Assembly (NCBI RefSeq): GCF_026965535.1
Contig: NZ_CP114039.1
Location: 7,971,461-8,035,460, forward strand
Direction of reading: 5' to 3'
DNA length: 64,000 bases
Origin: Corallococcus sp. NCRR
Lineage (GTDB): Bacteria > Myxococcota > Myxococcia > Myxococcales > Myxococcaceae
Made by a program: the position numbers and the translations under genes. Below, piece by piece: positions 9,179 through 19,010 of the stretch. Positions within the stretch are counted from its first letter, which is position 1. Each line of letters begins with the position of its first letter. Below the pieces are notes generated by a model. That model had not been told where the DNA came from, searched no databases, and saw only the letters and a program-made list of their open reading frames with translations.

Positions 9179-9808
9179 TCAGCGCGCGTGGACCTTCAGC
9201 TCCGCGTTCCCCAGCGACGAGGCGACGCGGAGCATCACCTGCTCGGTGCCGTCCGGGATGACGGGCTGGCCGTTGGCGAAGGCCTTGGGGAAGCGCACGC
9301 GGTAGCCCACCCAGAAGAGGCTGGCGTACGGGTAGTAGGCGCGCACGTTGAGGTCCGCCCGGCCCAGGCGGCGGATCTCCGTGGGCGTGATTTCCCCCGC
9401 GGGCGTCACCAGCGCGATCCGCCAGATGCTGTTGCGGTGGGCGAAGTCGTCGTAGCGGTAGTCGTTGACGTGCACCGCCAGGAAGAACTCGTGGAACTTC
9501 GCCGCGTCGGCCTGTTCCTCTTCCAGCAGCTGCTCCACCTTCGCTGCGGGCAGCGTCTGGAAGATGGCGCGGCGGTGGATACGGGCCTCGCGGAAGGCGG
9601 GGGTCTGGAAGGTGGTCCCCGCGAAGACGCGCGTGTCGAAGCCGTCGTAGATCTCCTTGCGGTCCGAGTACCGGTCCAGCACCGAGAGGTAGGCGGACTC
9701 CTGCTTCGGATCATCCAGCGTGGGCGCGGGCTCCCCGACGACGGGGGGCGCGGTGGAGCAGCCACCCAGCGTGCCCAGCAGCACCGCGGCCACCAGCAGC
9801 CTTCTCAC
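9179..9808 (-). CDS. Lipoprotein of unknown function
   Basis: Signal peptide and lipobox (LLGTLGGC|S). No recognisable catalytic motif. The start overlaps the pyrE stop (ATGA at 9805-9808). Confidence 0.55.
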   Translation of the reverse strand: MRRLLVAAVLLGTLGGCSTAPPVVGEPAPTLDDPKQESAYLSVLDRYSDRKEIYDGFDTRVFAGTTFQTPAFREARIHRRAIFQTLPAAKVEQLLEEEQADAAKFHEFFLAVHVNDYRYDDFAHRNSIWRIALVTPAGEITPTEIRRLGRADLNVRAYYPYASLFWVGYRVRFPKAFANGQPVIPDGTEQVMLRVASSLGNAELKVHAR

Positions 9809-10377
9809 GGGATGAAGTCCTTGCGTGTGAACAGCGTGGTGAGGCGGTGGCCGGTGGCCTCCACGGCCTCGCGTCCACCCTCCAGCCGGTCCACCAGCGC
9901 GAAGGCGCCCAGCACCGTCAGGCCCTCCAGCTTCGCGCGTTCAATCGCCTTGAGCGTGGAGGCGCCCGTGGTGACGACATCCTCCACGATGGCCACCGGG
10001 GCGCCGGGGCCCAGCGCGGACAGGCCTTCAATCCACTGGCCGGTGCCGTGGCCCTTGGGCTCCTTGCGCACGATGAACGCATGCAGGGGCTTCTCGCCGC
10101 CCTCCAGGAAGCTGGTCAGGCTCACCGCGGACGCGAGCGGATCCGCGCCCAGCGTCAGGCCGCCCGCGGCCACCGCGGACGGAGCGTCGCGCCGGATGGC
10201 CTCCAGCAGCAGCCGGCCGATGAGGTAGTGGCCCTCGGCGAGCAGCGCCGTGCGCTTGCAGTCGATGTAGAAGTCCGACTCCTTGCCGGAGGAGAGCACC
10301 ACGCGCCTGCGCTCGAAGGAGCGCTGCGTGAGCACCTCCAGGAGCCGGGCGCGGTCGCGTTCGAGCGTTTCCGCCAT
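9805..10377 (-). CDS. pyrE: Orotate phosphoribosyltransferase
   Basis: PRTase PRPP-binding motif VAIVEDVVTTGAST; N-terminus similar to PyrE (…VLSSGKESDFYIDCK…). Confidence 0.85.
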   Translation of the reverse strand: MAETLERDRARLLEVLTQRSFERRRVVLSSGKESDFYIDCKRTALLAEGHYLIGRLLLEAIRRDAPSAVAAGGLTLGADPLASAVSLTSFLEGGEKPLHAFIVRKEPKGHGTGQWIEGLSALGPGAPVAIVEDVVTTGASTLKAIERAKLEGLTVLGAFALVDRLEGGREAVEATGHRLTTLFTRKDFIP

Positions 10378-10380
10378 GGC

Positions 10381-11754
10381 CTACAGACCCTCCAGGTACG
10401 CCACCAACTGCGCCGAGTAGCGTAGCTGCATCAGCAACTCCGCCTTGCGCGATTCGTCCAGCGCGGCGAACACGTCCGCGAGCAGCGACAGGTCCTGGTT
10501 GAGGGCGCCCATGCGCTGCGCGACGTCCACCGCCAGTTCGTCCGCGTCGATCTCCTCCTCGACGCCCTCCGGGGCCAGCGTCTCCTCGGTGGCGAGCGCC
10601 TTCTCCAGCATGTCGCGCACCGGCGCCGTCAGTCGGCCTTCGGTTTCCAGCGACTCGCGCTTGGCCTCCAGCACGTCGTGCTCCACCGGCGAGGCGTGGA
10701 TGGCCTCCGCCAGGGACAACAGGAGCGCGTCCTCGTCGGACAGCTCCTCGTGCACGCGCACCTGGACCTGGTCGCGCTTGAGGAAGCGCAGCGCCGCCAC
10801 GCGCCGGAAGCCGCAGATGAGCTGGTAGCGGTCCTCTCCACGCGGGCGCACGTCCACCGGGAACAACTGGCCCAGCCGCGCCAGGTCCGTCGCCAGCTCG
10901 GACACGTCGCCCTCGTCCCGCAGGCGGAAGGTGGTGTCCTCCTCCAGTCGCTCCAGCGGCAGCACCATCGCCGTCACCTGTCCCATCACGCGCGGCTCGA
11001 TGGCCTGCGCGTGGGGCTCCCCTTCCGAAGTCGCCGCGCCGTCGTTGGCGCCCTGTTCCGAACCGTCTCCGGAGCCCGTGGAGCCCGCGTCCTCCTGGCT
11101 CGCACGGCTCGCCACGTCCCAGATGCCGGAGCTCAGCAGCGCGTCGTCCGCGCCCGACACCGGACCGGAGCGCGGCTCCTCCAGCACGTCCTTCGCCTCG
11201 CCGCCACCGTCGCTGCCCGTCCCGGACGCGTCCTGGACGCTCTCGCCCGAGGACAGCTCCACGTAGCGGCCGGGGCCTTGAGAGGCCTCCGCGCCACTCC
11301 CCGTGCCCTCTCCCTGCCCGGCCGCGTCCGCTCCGCCCTGCCCACCAGCCGCGCTGGAATCCGTCCCGGCCTCCGCGTCGCGGGCCTCGCTGGCGTCCGA
11401 GCGGCTGCCCTCGCCACCGGCCGCGCTGACAGCAGGGCTGTGCGAGAAGCCGTGGCCCTCGCCATCGGCCGAGCTCGCGTCGGAGCCACTGGCAGCGCCC
11501 GTGTCGGAACCCTGGCCCCCAGCGCTGGCCTCGGTCGCGCTCGCGGCGGCCTGCCCACCCTCTCCGGGCAGGTCGGTCTGGGCCCCACCCGCTTCAGCCT
11601 GGGGGGCACCTTCCGGCGTCACGTCTCCACTCGCGCCCTCGCCATGCTTCGGCGCGGACGCGTCACTCACGCCCTCCTGCTGGGACGGCGTCGCGTTCTC
11701 TCCAGGTGTGCCCGGCATCCCTTCCTGTCCCTCGGCCCTGTGCTCGGCGTCCAT
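10381..11754 (-). CDS. padC: ParB-like protein PadC
   Basis: The C-terminal half carries a ParB/Srx N-terminal-domain signature (…[32 protein letters not shown]…). The N-terminal ~220 aa are an acidic G/S/A/E/D-rich low-complexity region. The gene sits immediately downstream of three bactofilin genes, as established for M. xanthus bacNOP-padC. Confidence 0.75.
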   Translation of the reverse strand: MDAEHRAEGQEGMPGTPGENATPSQQEGVSDASAPKHGEGASGDVTPEGAPQAEAGGAQTDLPGEGGQAAASATEASAGGQGSDTGAASGSDASSADGEGHGFSHSPAVSAAGGEGSRSDASEARDAEAGTDSSAAGGQGGADAAGQGEGTGSGAEASQGPGRYVELSSGESVQDASGTGSDGGGEAKDVLEEPRSGPVSGADDALLSSGIWDVASRASQEDAGSTGSGDGSEQGANDGAATSEGEPHAQAIEPRVMGQVTAMVLPLERLEEDTTFRLRDEGDVSELATDLARLGQLFPVDVRPRGEDRYQLICGFRRVAALRFLKRDQVQVRVHEELSDEDALLLSLAEAIHASPVEHDVLEAKRESLETEGRLTAPVRDMLEKALATEETLAPEGVEEEIDADELAVDVAQRMGALNQDLSLLADVFAALDESRKAELLMQLRYSAQLVAYLEGL

Positions 11755-11815
11755 GGTGGCACCCCCGGTTGTTCCACCCGCGCGCCGCCGGAAACGACGG
11801 CGCGGCGGGCGGGCT

Positions 11816-12532
11816 CTAACGGGACTTCTTCACCACGACCTTCTTCTTCGCGCCAGCACCCATCACGCGGGGAACGGGCGCGCCAGCACTGCTCGCCTGC
11901 TCAGTGGCTGCCGGACGCGGCGGCTCCGGAGCCCGGGTCGTGGTGGCGGCGGGCGGCGGGGGCGGCGGCAGCGGCTTGGCCGACGGACGGGCCACGACGG
12001 TGGCCGGCGCCGTCGTCGCGGGCTGCGTGCGCGCGGGAGGCGGGGGCGGCGTCGGGGCGGCGCGCGGCGGGGCGGCCGGCGGCGTCGGAGGACGCGGCGG
12101 GGTGGCGCCCGGACGCACCGTGGGACGCGTCACCGCCTGGGGGCGGGCCACGGCGGGGCGCTCGGACGGCAGCCGGCCCGGTTCCACGTCGCCCATGTCC
12201 ACGCGGCCGCGGAAGCTGGCGCCGTCCACGATGATGACGCGGGGGGCGCGGATGTCGCCCACCATGCGGCCTTCGCGGGTGAGCTCCACGCTCTCCGTGG
12301 CGTTGATGTTGCCCACCACCACGCCGCTGACGATGGCGTTCTTCACCGCCACGTTGGCCTTCACCACGCCGGACGGCTCCACGATGAGGGTGCGGCTGAG
12401 GGTGAGCTCACCCTCGACGCGCCCGCGGACCGTGAGGTCCTCGTCACCCGTGAGCCGACCGCTGATGAGGATGGAGGGCCCCACCACGGTGTTGTCGACG
12501 GTGTTGCCTGCAAGATCCTTCGCGGTGGCCAC
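11816..12532 (-). CDS. bacP: Bactofilin BacP (DUF583 core plus a long Pro-rich basic C-terminal tail)
   Basis: Bactofilin beta-helical core (…[48 protein letters not shown]…[20 protein letters not shown]). It is followed by ~110 aa rich in P/A/T/R ending [10 protein letters not shown]. Confidence 0.85.
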   Translation of the reverse strand: MATAKDLAGNTVDNTVVGPSILISGRLTGDEDLTVRGRVEGELTLSRTLIVEPSGVVKANVAVKNAIVSGVVVGNINATESVELTREGRMVGDIRAPRVIIVDGASFRGRVDMGDVEPGRLPSERPAVARPQAVTRPTVRPGATPPRPPTPPAAPPRAAPTPPPPPARTQPATTAPATVVARPSAKPLPPPPPPAATTTRAPEPPRPAATEQASSAGAPVPRVMGAGAKKKVVVKKSR

Positions 12533-12535
12533 GGA

Positions 12536-12859
12536 TCAGCGCTCCTTCATGTCCATGTCGACGTTGCCCTTGAAGGAGGCACCGTCGGCGATGAGGATGC
12601 GCGGGGCCTTGATGTCGCCCACCACGCGGCAGTCCGTCTTCAGCTCGACCTTGTCGCTGGCGGCGATGTTGCCCGTCACGCGGCCGGCGATCTCCACGTT
12701 CTGCGTCTCGATGTCCGCCTCGACGACGCCCGAGCCCTCCACGTAGAGGCTCTCCTTGAGGGAGATCTTCCCCTTCACGGTGCCCTGGATGACCAGGTCC
12801 TCGTCACCGGAAATCTCCCCGTCGATGACGATGCTCGAGCCAATGATCGTATTCGCCAT
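12536..12859 (-). CDS. bacO: Bactofilin BacO
   Basis: 107-aa bactofilin core (SIVIDGEISGDEDLVIQGTVKGKISL…IKAPRILIADGASFKGNVDM). It lies 3 nt upstream of bacP. Confidence 0.85.
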   Translation of the reverse strand: MANTIIGSSIVIDGEISGDEDLVIQGTVKGKISLKESLYVEGSGVVEADIETQNVEIAGRVTGNIAASDKVELKTDCRVVGDIKAPRILIADGASFKGNVDMDMKER

Positions 12860-12921
12860 GAGTGTGTCCGCCTTCTCGAAGCTGTGCGCGTGGGGGGCCG
12901 TGAGCCGGTCCCCGGTGGATG

Positions 12922-13263
12922 CTAGATGTCGTCCGGCAACTTCACGTCCATCTCGATGGAGCCGTTGAACACGGCGCCGTCCTCGATGATGACCCGCGGG
13001 GCCTTGATGTCGCCCGCGACCTTCGCCGAGGCGTTGATGGCCACGCGCGTGGAGGCGTCGATGTTGCCGCTCGCCTCGCCGTTGATGGTCAGTTCCTCGG
13101 CGCGGATGTCCGCCTGCACCTTGCCGGTGCCTTCGATGGTGAGGTGGTTCTTCAGGGCGATCTGCCCCTCCACACGCCCTTCGATGACCAGGTCCCCTCC
13201 GCCCGTGAGGTTGCCCCTGATGACGATGCCCTTGCCAATGATGCCCGTTTCACCCTGTGCCAT
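12922..13263 (-). CDS. bacN: Bactofilin BacN
   Basis: 113-aa bactofilin core (GIVIRGNLTGGGDLVIEGRVEGQIAL…IKAPRVIIEDGAVFNGSIEM). Confidence 0.85.
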   Translation of the reverse strand: MAQGETGIIGKGIVIRGNLTGGGDLVIEGRVEGQIALKNHLTIEGTGKVQADIRAEELTINGEASGNIDASTRVAINASAKVAGDIKAPRVIIEDGAVFNGSIEMDVKLPDDI

Positions 13264-13316
13264 GAGGTGATCCTCGCCAGCGCCTGCTCCAGTGGGAGCG
13301 GGGCGACCTGATTATG

Positions 13317-14153
13317 TCAGAGATGCGCGGAGATCCAGCCGGAGATGTCCTGGAACACCGTCGCGCGGTCCCGCTCGTTGAGCGGCTCGTGCCGCATGCC
13401 GGGGTACTCCTTGAACTTCTTGTCCGCCGTCCCCGCCGCCTCGAAGAACGCCCGCGCCGCCGCCGGCAGCGCCACCCCGTCCTCCTGGCCGCACAGCACG
13501 AACAGCGGCACTTGAATCTTCGGCGCCAGAGAGAGCGTCTGCGCCTGGGCGGCCGTGGACTCCACGAACCAGCGGGGCGTGGCGAAGGGCACGTACAGCG
13601 GGTCCGCCCCGACTGCTTTCTGGATCTCCGGGTCGGTGCTGAGCATCTCCGGGGCCAGGCCGGAGGGGACCTTCATCCACGGCACCACGGAGCCCACCAT
13701 GCGCGCGGCGAGCACCTTCGCGGCCGGCGGGTTGATGGCCAGCTTGAGGTAGGGCGCGGAGAGGATGGCGCCGGAGAGGCCCTCCAGCCGCCCGGCCAGG
13801 GCGTGCGCGGCCATCAGGCCGCCGTGGCTGTGGGCCAGGAGGAAGATCTTCTCGTTGCCCGCGGCCTTGCGCACGCGCTGCCAGAAGCCGTCCAGGTCGT
13901 CGAGGAACTCGGTCCACTTCGCGGCGTAGGCGCGCCGGCCGTCCGCGCGGCCGTGGCCCCGGTAGTCGAAGCCGTGCACGGCGAAGCCGTCCTGGACCAG
14001 CGCGTCGATGACGGGGCGGTAGCGGCCGATGTGGTCGCCGTAGCCGTGGACGATGGCGACGTGGGCGCGGGGGGCCGCGTCCGGCAGGTCCAGCGTCCAG
14101 AACAGCCGGGTGTTGTCCTTCCCGGTGAAGAAGCCTTCGTCGTGGCGGGCCAT
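13317..14153 (-). CDS. Alpha/beta-hydrolase (lysophospholipase / monoacylglycerol-lipase-like)
   Basis: HGYGDH oxyanion region, nucleophile elbow LAHSHGG (GxSxG), an acid/His region near the C-terminus (…GMRHEPLNE…). Confidence 0.7.
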   Translation of the reverse strand: MARHDEGFFTGKDNTRLFWTLDLPDAAPRAHVAIVHGYGDHIGRYRPVIDALVQDGFAVHGFDYRGHGRADGRRAYAAKWTEFLDDLDGFWQRVRKAAGNEKIFLLAHSHGGLMAAHALAGRLEGLSGAILSAPYLKLAINPPAAKVLAARMVGSVVPWMKVPSGLAPEMLSTDPEIQKAVGADPLYVPFATPRWFVESTAAQAQTLSLAPKIQVPLFVLCGQEDGVALPAAARAFFEAAGTADKKFKEYPGMRHEPLNERDRATVFQDISGWISAHL

Positions 14154-14165
14154 GGGCCCGGGACC

Positions 14166-16052
14166 TTAGCGGCCCGGCGCGGTCGAGGGTAGCGCCTTCA
14201 ACTTGCGCTCCAGGGTGGCGCGCTGGTCCGCGGGCTCGGCGGCCTCCGGCTCCAGCGTCAGCACCTCCAGCGCGCGCTTCCAGGTCCGGACGGCATCCGG
14301 GGCGCGGCCCGCCTTGAGGTACGCGTCCCCCAGGTGCTCCAGGATCGCGGGGTCGTCCGGGGAGAGCGCCACCGCGCGCTCCAGGACCTCCACGGCCTTC
14401 TTCGCGTCGCCGCGCTGGTAGAGCACCCACCCCAGCGAGTCCACGTAGGCCCCGTTGTCCGGCCGGAGCGCCAGCGCGCGGCGCACCAGCCGCTCCGCCT
14501 CGTCCAGGTCCCGGCCCCGCTGAGCCATCACGTAACCCATGAAGTTCAGCGCGGAGGAATGGTCCGGCTTCAGCGCGAGCACCGCCCGCATGCGCGACAG
14601 CGCCCCCGGCACGTCGCCCTGGCGCTCCAGGAGGGTGGCCAGGGCGAACTGCAGGTCCTGGTTCCTCGGCGCCTTCGCCACGGCGTCCCGCAAGAGCGCG
14701 AGCGCGTCCGAGGCCCGGCCCTGGCGCTCCAGCAGGCTTGCCAGCGCGTCATACGCCAGCGCCCCGCCCTCCCCCGCCAGCGCCTCGCGCAGCACGCCCT
14801 CCGCCTTCGCCGCGTCCCCGCCGCGCTCCAGCGCCCGGGCGTAGCCGACGCGCACCTCCACGTCGTCCGGCGCCTCCGACATGGCGGCGCGGTAGAGCGC
14901 CAGCGCTCGCGGGTGGTCTCCCACCAGCGACAGGCAGCGGGCCTGGCGCACGCGAGCGTCCGGGAACACCTCCGAGTCCGGAGGCACGCCCGCGAAGTCC
15001 TGGGCGGCGGTGGCGAAGCCGCGGGTCCTCTCCGCGACGAGGCCGGCGTAGTACGCGAGGCGGGGCTCGTCCGGCGCGTCCTTGCGCGCGGCGTCCAGCA
15101 CCTCCTTCGCGGCGGCCGGCTCTCCGGAGGCCAGGTAGCTGAAGGCCACGCGCACGGCCAGCTCCGGCGATGCGGAGAGCGACAACAGCCGGTCGAAGTA
15201 CGCCCGCGCCCGCGTCGCCGACCCGCCCTTCAGCGCGGCACGGCCCGCGGACAGCAGCACCTCGCGGCTGTCTGGATCCGCCTCCAGCGCGCGGGCCAGC
15301 GCGTCCTCCGCCTCCTTCGGCCGGCCGGAGTCCTCGTAGAGCCGGGCCAGCGTGGACCACACCTCCACGTCACCCGGGTCGCGCTCGGAGGCCCTCACGA
15401 GCAGGCGCTCGGCGCGGTGCGCGTCGCCACGCTCGGCCAGGACGAGCCCCAGCCGCCGGTAGCCGGAGGCCTCTCCCGGCAGCGCGTGAGCCAGTGATTC
15501 CACGACCTTCACCGCTTCGTCGGGGGCCTTCGCGTCCAGGTACAGCTGCGACAGGACGAGGTACGCCTCCGGCTCGCGGGGACGCAGGGACACCGCGCGG
15601 CGCAGGTGCTGCTTCGCGCGCGCCGTGCGGCCGGACTCCAGCAGCACCCGGCCCAGCAGCACGTGGGCGGCGTAGTGTGTGGGGGCCTTCTCCACGGCCT
15701 TGCGCAGCTCGCGTTCGGCGCGCACCAGGTCGCCCAGGCGCGCGTACTCCTCGCCCAGTTGGGTGAGCAGGGTCGGGTTGCCGTCGTCGGTGGCGAGCGC
15801 CAGCCGCAGCTCGTCCACCGAGGCCCGGTGGTTGCCCTCCAGGTGCATCAGCCGCGCCTGGAGGTAGTGCGCGTAGCTGGCGGACGACGCGGACGGCTCG
15901 TCGTCGCGGCTGCTCGCGTCCATGGCCTCGCGCATCGCCTCGCGGTCGACGTGCGGGGCCGGGGCCCTCCTCGCGGGCGCGGCCCCCGAACCTCCGGCGG
16001 CCAGCGCGAGGCACATCACGGCGGCACGGCTGAGGAGCGGGAGCGGACGCAC
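14166..16052 (-). CDS. Secreted multi-TPR repeat protein
   Basis: More than 15 TPR units throughout (…AEAYLVLSQLYLDAKAPDEAV…, …ALNFMGYVMAQRGRDLDEAERL…). A signal-like N-terminus (RPLPLLSRAAVMCLALAAGGSG) is present. The start is ambiguous: GTG at 16052 or ATG at 16016. Confidence 0.65.
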   Translation of the reverse strand: MRPLPLLSRAAVMCLALAAGGSGAAPARRAPAPHVDREAMREAMDASSRDDEPSASSASYAHYLQARLMHLEGNHRASVDELRLALATDDGNPTLLTQLGEEYARLGDLVRAERELRKAVEKAPTHYAAHVLLGRVLLESGRTARAKQHLRRAVSLRPREPEAYLVLSQLYLDAKAPDEAVKVVESLAHALPGEASGYRRLGLVLAERGDAHRAERLLVRASERDPGDVEVWSTLARLYEDSGRPKEAEDALARALEADPDSREVLLSAGRAALKGGSATRARAYFDRLLSLSASPELAVRVAFSYLASGEPAAAKEVLDAARKDAPDEPRLAYYAGLVAERTRGFATAAQDFAGVPPDSEVFPDARVRQARCLSLVGDHPRALALYRAAMSEAPDDVEVRVGYARALERGGDAAKAEGVLREALAGEGGALAYDALASLLERQGRASDALALLRDAVAKAPRNQDLQFALATLLERQGDVPGALSRMRAVLALKPDHSSALNFMGYVMAQRGRDLDEAERLVRRALALRPDNGAYVDSLGWVLYQRGDAKKAVEVLERAVALSPDDPAILEHLGDAYLKAGRAPDAVRTWKRALEVLTLEPEAAEPADQRATLERKLKALPSTAPGR

Positions 16053-16057
16053 GCGGG

Positions 16058-18571
16058 CTAGTGGACCTCGGGAGGGGGCGCTCCCAGCTTCTCCAGCAGC
16101 TTCTCCACCGGATCGCTGTCCTGGCTGACGTCCGCCATGGCGGCCCGGTACTCGATGGAGGTCACCTGCTCCACGTCCGGCATCAGGCGGTTGATGACGG
16201 TGCGCGCCGCGTCCGCGTTGCACTCGGGCAGCACCACCGCGAAGACGCCCTGCCCCAGGTGGGCGATGGCGTCCGGGTGGCGCACGCGCTTGCGCATCAC
16301 ATCCCCCATGTTGGACGGCATCACCTCCAGCTCGCGGTCCGGACGGAGCACCGCCAGCGTGAGGGCGCGGTGGTAGCGGCGGCTGCGGGCCACCTCCTGC
16401 TCCAGCCGCAGCAGCAGGCCCCGGCGATCATGCAACCCCGTCACGGGGTCGCTGCCGGTGCGGCGCTGGAGCGAGTTCGTCTTGGTGTCCTGCTCCTTCT
16501 CGCCCTGACGCAGCTTGAGCGCGCGCTCGGTGCGGTTGAGCAGCTCCACCGCGTTGAAGGGCTTGGCCATGTAGTCCACCGCGCCCAGGTTGAGCGCGCG
16601 GACCTTGTCGGCCACGCCCTGGTGGGCGGACAGGAGGATGACCGGGATGTGCGCCGTGTCCGACGAGGACTTGAGCGCCATGGCCGCGTCCAGGCCGTCC
16701 AGCTTGGGCAGGAACACGTCCATCACCACCAGGTCCGGACGGGACGCCCTCGCCTTCGCCAGGCCCTCCGCGCCGTCGCGCGCCACCTCCACGCGGTACT
16801 TCGAGCGCAGGACCTCCGACAGCACCGCCGCGATCTCCGGCTCGTCCTCCACCACCAGCACGCGCGGCTGCTCGGGGGCGGCGCCGGGCGCGGGCTGCGG
16901 CCGGGGGTTGCGCGCGGCCTCCTGCGCCAGGGGCAGCGTGAAGACGAAGGTGCAGCCGCCGTCGGCCGGGCTCTCCGCCCAGATTTCACCGCCGTGCAGC
17001 TCCACGAACTCCTTGCAGATGGCCAGCCCCAGCCCCGTGCCCTTGGGCCCGTGGCGGTAGCGGTCGAACACGAGGTGCAGTTCGTCCGGCGGGATGCCCA
17101 CGCCGTTGTCGCTCACCATCACGCGCACCGCGTCGCCGTCCGGCCGCGACAGCCGCTGCGTGCGCACCACCACCACGCCCGGGTCGCTGGCGTGCTGGAT
17201 GGCGTTGCTGATGAGGTTCTGCAGCACCTCGTGCAGCTTCACCTCGTCGCCGATGAGCATCAGGCTGTCGGGGCACTCGGAGCGCAGCGACACGGCCTTC
17301 TCCGCCGCCAGGATCTCCAGCTCCGCCACGGCGTCGCGGCACAGCTGCGCCACGTCCAGCACGCGGGGCTCGATGGAGAGGCGCGCCGCCTCCCCCTTGC
17401 CCTTCTCCAGCAGGGACTCGACCAGGGTGAGGATCTTCCGGCCCTGGCGGATCATCGCCTCCGCGGACTGCTTCTGCTGCGTCTCCAGCGGCCCTTCCAG
17501 CAGCAGCCGGCCGTGGCCCAGGAGCACCTGGAGCGGCGCGCGCAGGTCGTGGCTGCACACCGCGATGATCTCATCCTTGAGGCGATTGAGTTCCTTGAGG
17601 CGGCGGTTCGCGTCGTTGAGCTCGCGGTAGCGCTCCACGTACGCCAGCTCCAGGTCCTCGCGCTTCTTCTTCACCGCCGTGTGCAGGCGCGCGTTGCGGA
17701 TGGAGTTGGCGAGCACGCCCGCCACGGCCTCCGCGAACTCCTGTTCGTCGCGCCCGATGGACGCCTCGCCCTTGGACACGCGCAGGAAGAGCGCGCCCAA
17801 CAGGTCGTCCTGGCAGATGAGCGGCTGCACCAGGATGGACTTCACGCCCTGCGGCAACAGCGACGTGCGCACCTCCGCCATCAGCGGGTCGCGCTGCGCC
17901 TCTTCAATCAGCACGGGCTGCCGCGTCTCCAGCGCGCGGCGCAGCTCCGGGTAGCGCGCCACCTCGATGTCCAGTTGGACGAGGCTCGGGTCCTCCTGCG
18001 TCGCGACGACCGTGGCCGTGCGCGCGTGGCTGCCCTCCACCAGCACCACGGAGCAGCGGTCCGTGCCCGTCACCTGGCCGACCTTCTCCACCGCGATGCG
18101 GAGGATCTCCTCCAGCTCCAGCGAGCTGGTGGCCGCCTGGGTGATTTCGAGCAGCATGCCCATGCGCATCCGGATGCGCTCCTCGCGCTCCTTGAGCCGC
18201 CAGGCGCGCAGGGCGGACTCCAGCCGGGGCACCAGCTCATCCGCGCCGCGCACGAAGTCGTCCACCGCCAGCCGCTTGAAGGCCTCCGCCGAGCGCGCGC
18301 GGCCCTGATCCACCAGCACCGGCAGGCGCTGGAGCTTGTCCGTCTTGCGCACCGTCTCCAGCAACTCCGCCGCCCGCTTGGCCGTCACGGCCAGGAGCAC
18401 CACCTCCGGCTGGAGCTGATCCACCATCTCCGCCAGCCCGGTCTCCCGTTCCGTGGAGGCGCACTGGTAGCCACTCGCCGTGAGCCGCTCCACCAGCGCG
18501 TCACCCGCGGCCTTCGCCGCGAGCACGAGCACCCGCCCCCGCTGCTCAGACGACAACATCTCAATCCTCAC
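16058..18571 (-). CDS. Hybrid sensor histidine kinase/response regulator with a GAF domain and a C-terminal degenerate GGDEF-like domain
   Basis: HisKA H-box AVCSHDLRAPLQ; HATPase_c N/G boxes (…DNGVGIPPDEL…GTGLGLAICKEF…); a receiver domain (RVLVVEDEPEIAAV…DLVVMDVFLPKLDG…); a C-terminal GGDEF-fold segment (…DPVTGLHDRRGLL…HLGQGVFAVVLPE) lacking a canonical GGDEF motif. An N-terminal pseudo-receiver and a GAF domain are also present. Confidence 0.75.
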   Translation of the reverse strand: MRIEMLSSEQRGRVLVLAAKAAGDALVERLTASGYQCASTERETGLAEMVDQLQPEVVLLAVTAKRAAELLETVRKTDKLQRLPVLVDQGRARSAEAFKRLAVDDFVRGADELVPRLESALRAWRLKEREERIRMRMGMLLEITQAATSSLELEEILRIAVEKVGQVTGTDRCSVVLVEGSHARTATVVATQEDPSLVQLDIEVARYPELRRALETRQPVLIEEAQRDPLMAEVRTSLLPQGVKSILVQPLICQDDLLGALFLRVSKGEASIGRDEQEFAEAVAGVLANSIRNARLHTAVKKKREDLELAYVERYRELNDANRRLKELNRLKDEIIAVCSHDLRAPLQVLLGHGRLLLEGPLETQQKQSAEAMIRQGRKILTLVESLLEKGKGEAARLSIEPRVLDVAQLCRDAVAELEILAAEKAVSLRSECPDSLMLIGDEVKLHEVLQNLISNAIQHASDPGVVVVRTQRLSRPDGDAVRVMVSDNGVGIPPDELHLVFDRYRHGPKGTGLGLAICKEFVELHGGEIWAESPADGGCTFVFTLPLAQEAARNPRPQPAPGAAPEQPRVLVVEDEPEIAAVLSEVLRSKYRVEVARDGAEGLAKARASRPDLVVMDVFLPKLDGLDAAMALKSSSDTAHIPVILLSAHQGVADKVRALNLGAVDYMAKPFNAVELLNRTERALKLRQGEKEQDTKTNSLQRRTGSDPVTGLHDRRGLLLRLEQEVARSRRYHRALTLAVLRPDRELEVMPSNMGDVMRKRVRHPDAIAHLGQGVFAVVLPECNADAARTVINRLMPDVEQVTSIEYRAAMADVSQDSDPVEKLLEKLGAPPPEVH

Positions 18572-18755
18572 GGCGCGCCTCCGCCCCGCCCAGACAAGGA
18601 ACGACGTCGCGGAAACCCGTTGGGTGCGAAAGGGGTCATGGTCGATTCCGGATCATGCCGTCTAACCCGTCCGCGGGCCAGCGGTTGAACGGGGCTCTCC
18701 TCAAGCGAGAGAGGTGGGAAAAGGCGCGCGACGTATACCCCGGACCGGTGTTCTT

Positions 18756-18949
18756 CCTCCGGAATCCCGCACGCGCGTGACGGTCCGGTGACTGGAAACT
18801 GCTCGCCCGGCCCTTGTAGCGGCGGAATCCCACGAAAACAGCCAGACTGTCACTTTCTTCCCGTACCACCCTTAGTGTCCGGCCGGAGGCAGGGTGGGCG
18901 GGCAGGCACCGCACGGGGATTTTCGGGGATCCCGCGATCAGGATTCCGG
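18756..18949. promoter_or_regulatory. Divergent promoter region between the hybrid histidine kinase and the lipoprotein gene, carrying three copies of a CCGGAATCC motif
   Basis: CCGGAATCC at 18759-18767 and 18822-18830 (direct), GGATTCCGG at 18941-18949 (inverted), plus the related GGGATCCC at 18926-18933. All lie inside a 440-nt intergenic region. Confidence 0.35.
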
Positions 18950-19010
18950 GGGAAAGGGTTGGGACGTGGCCCCGCCCGCTTCCCGAGGGAGCGCGGTAGA
19001 GTGCGAAACC

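Noticed and set aside
18789-18807. Possible sigma-54 promoter (TGG-N9-GC) in the kinase/lipoprotein intergenic region
   Set aside because: The spacing between the GG and GC dinucleotides is 9 rather than the canonical 10, and the flanks do not fit TGGCAC/TTGCA. No enhancer-binding protein gene is adjacent.
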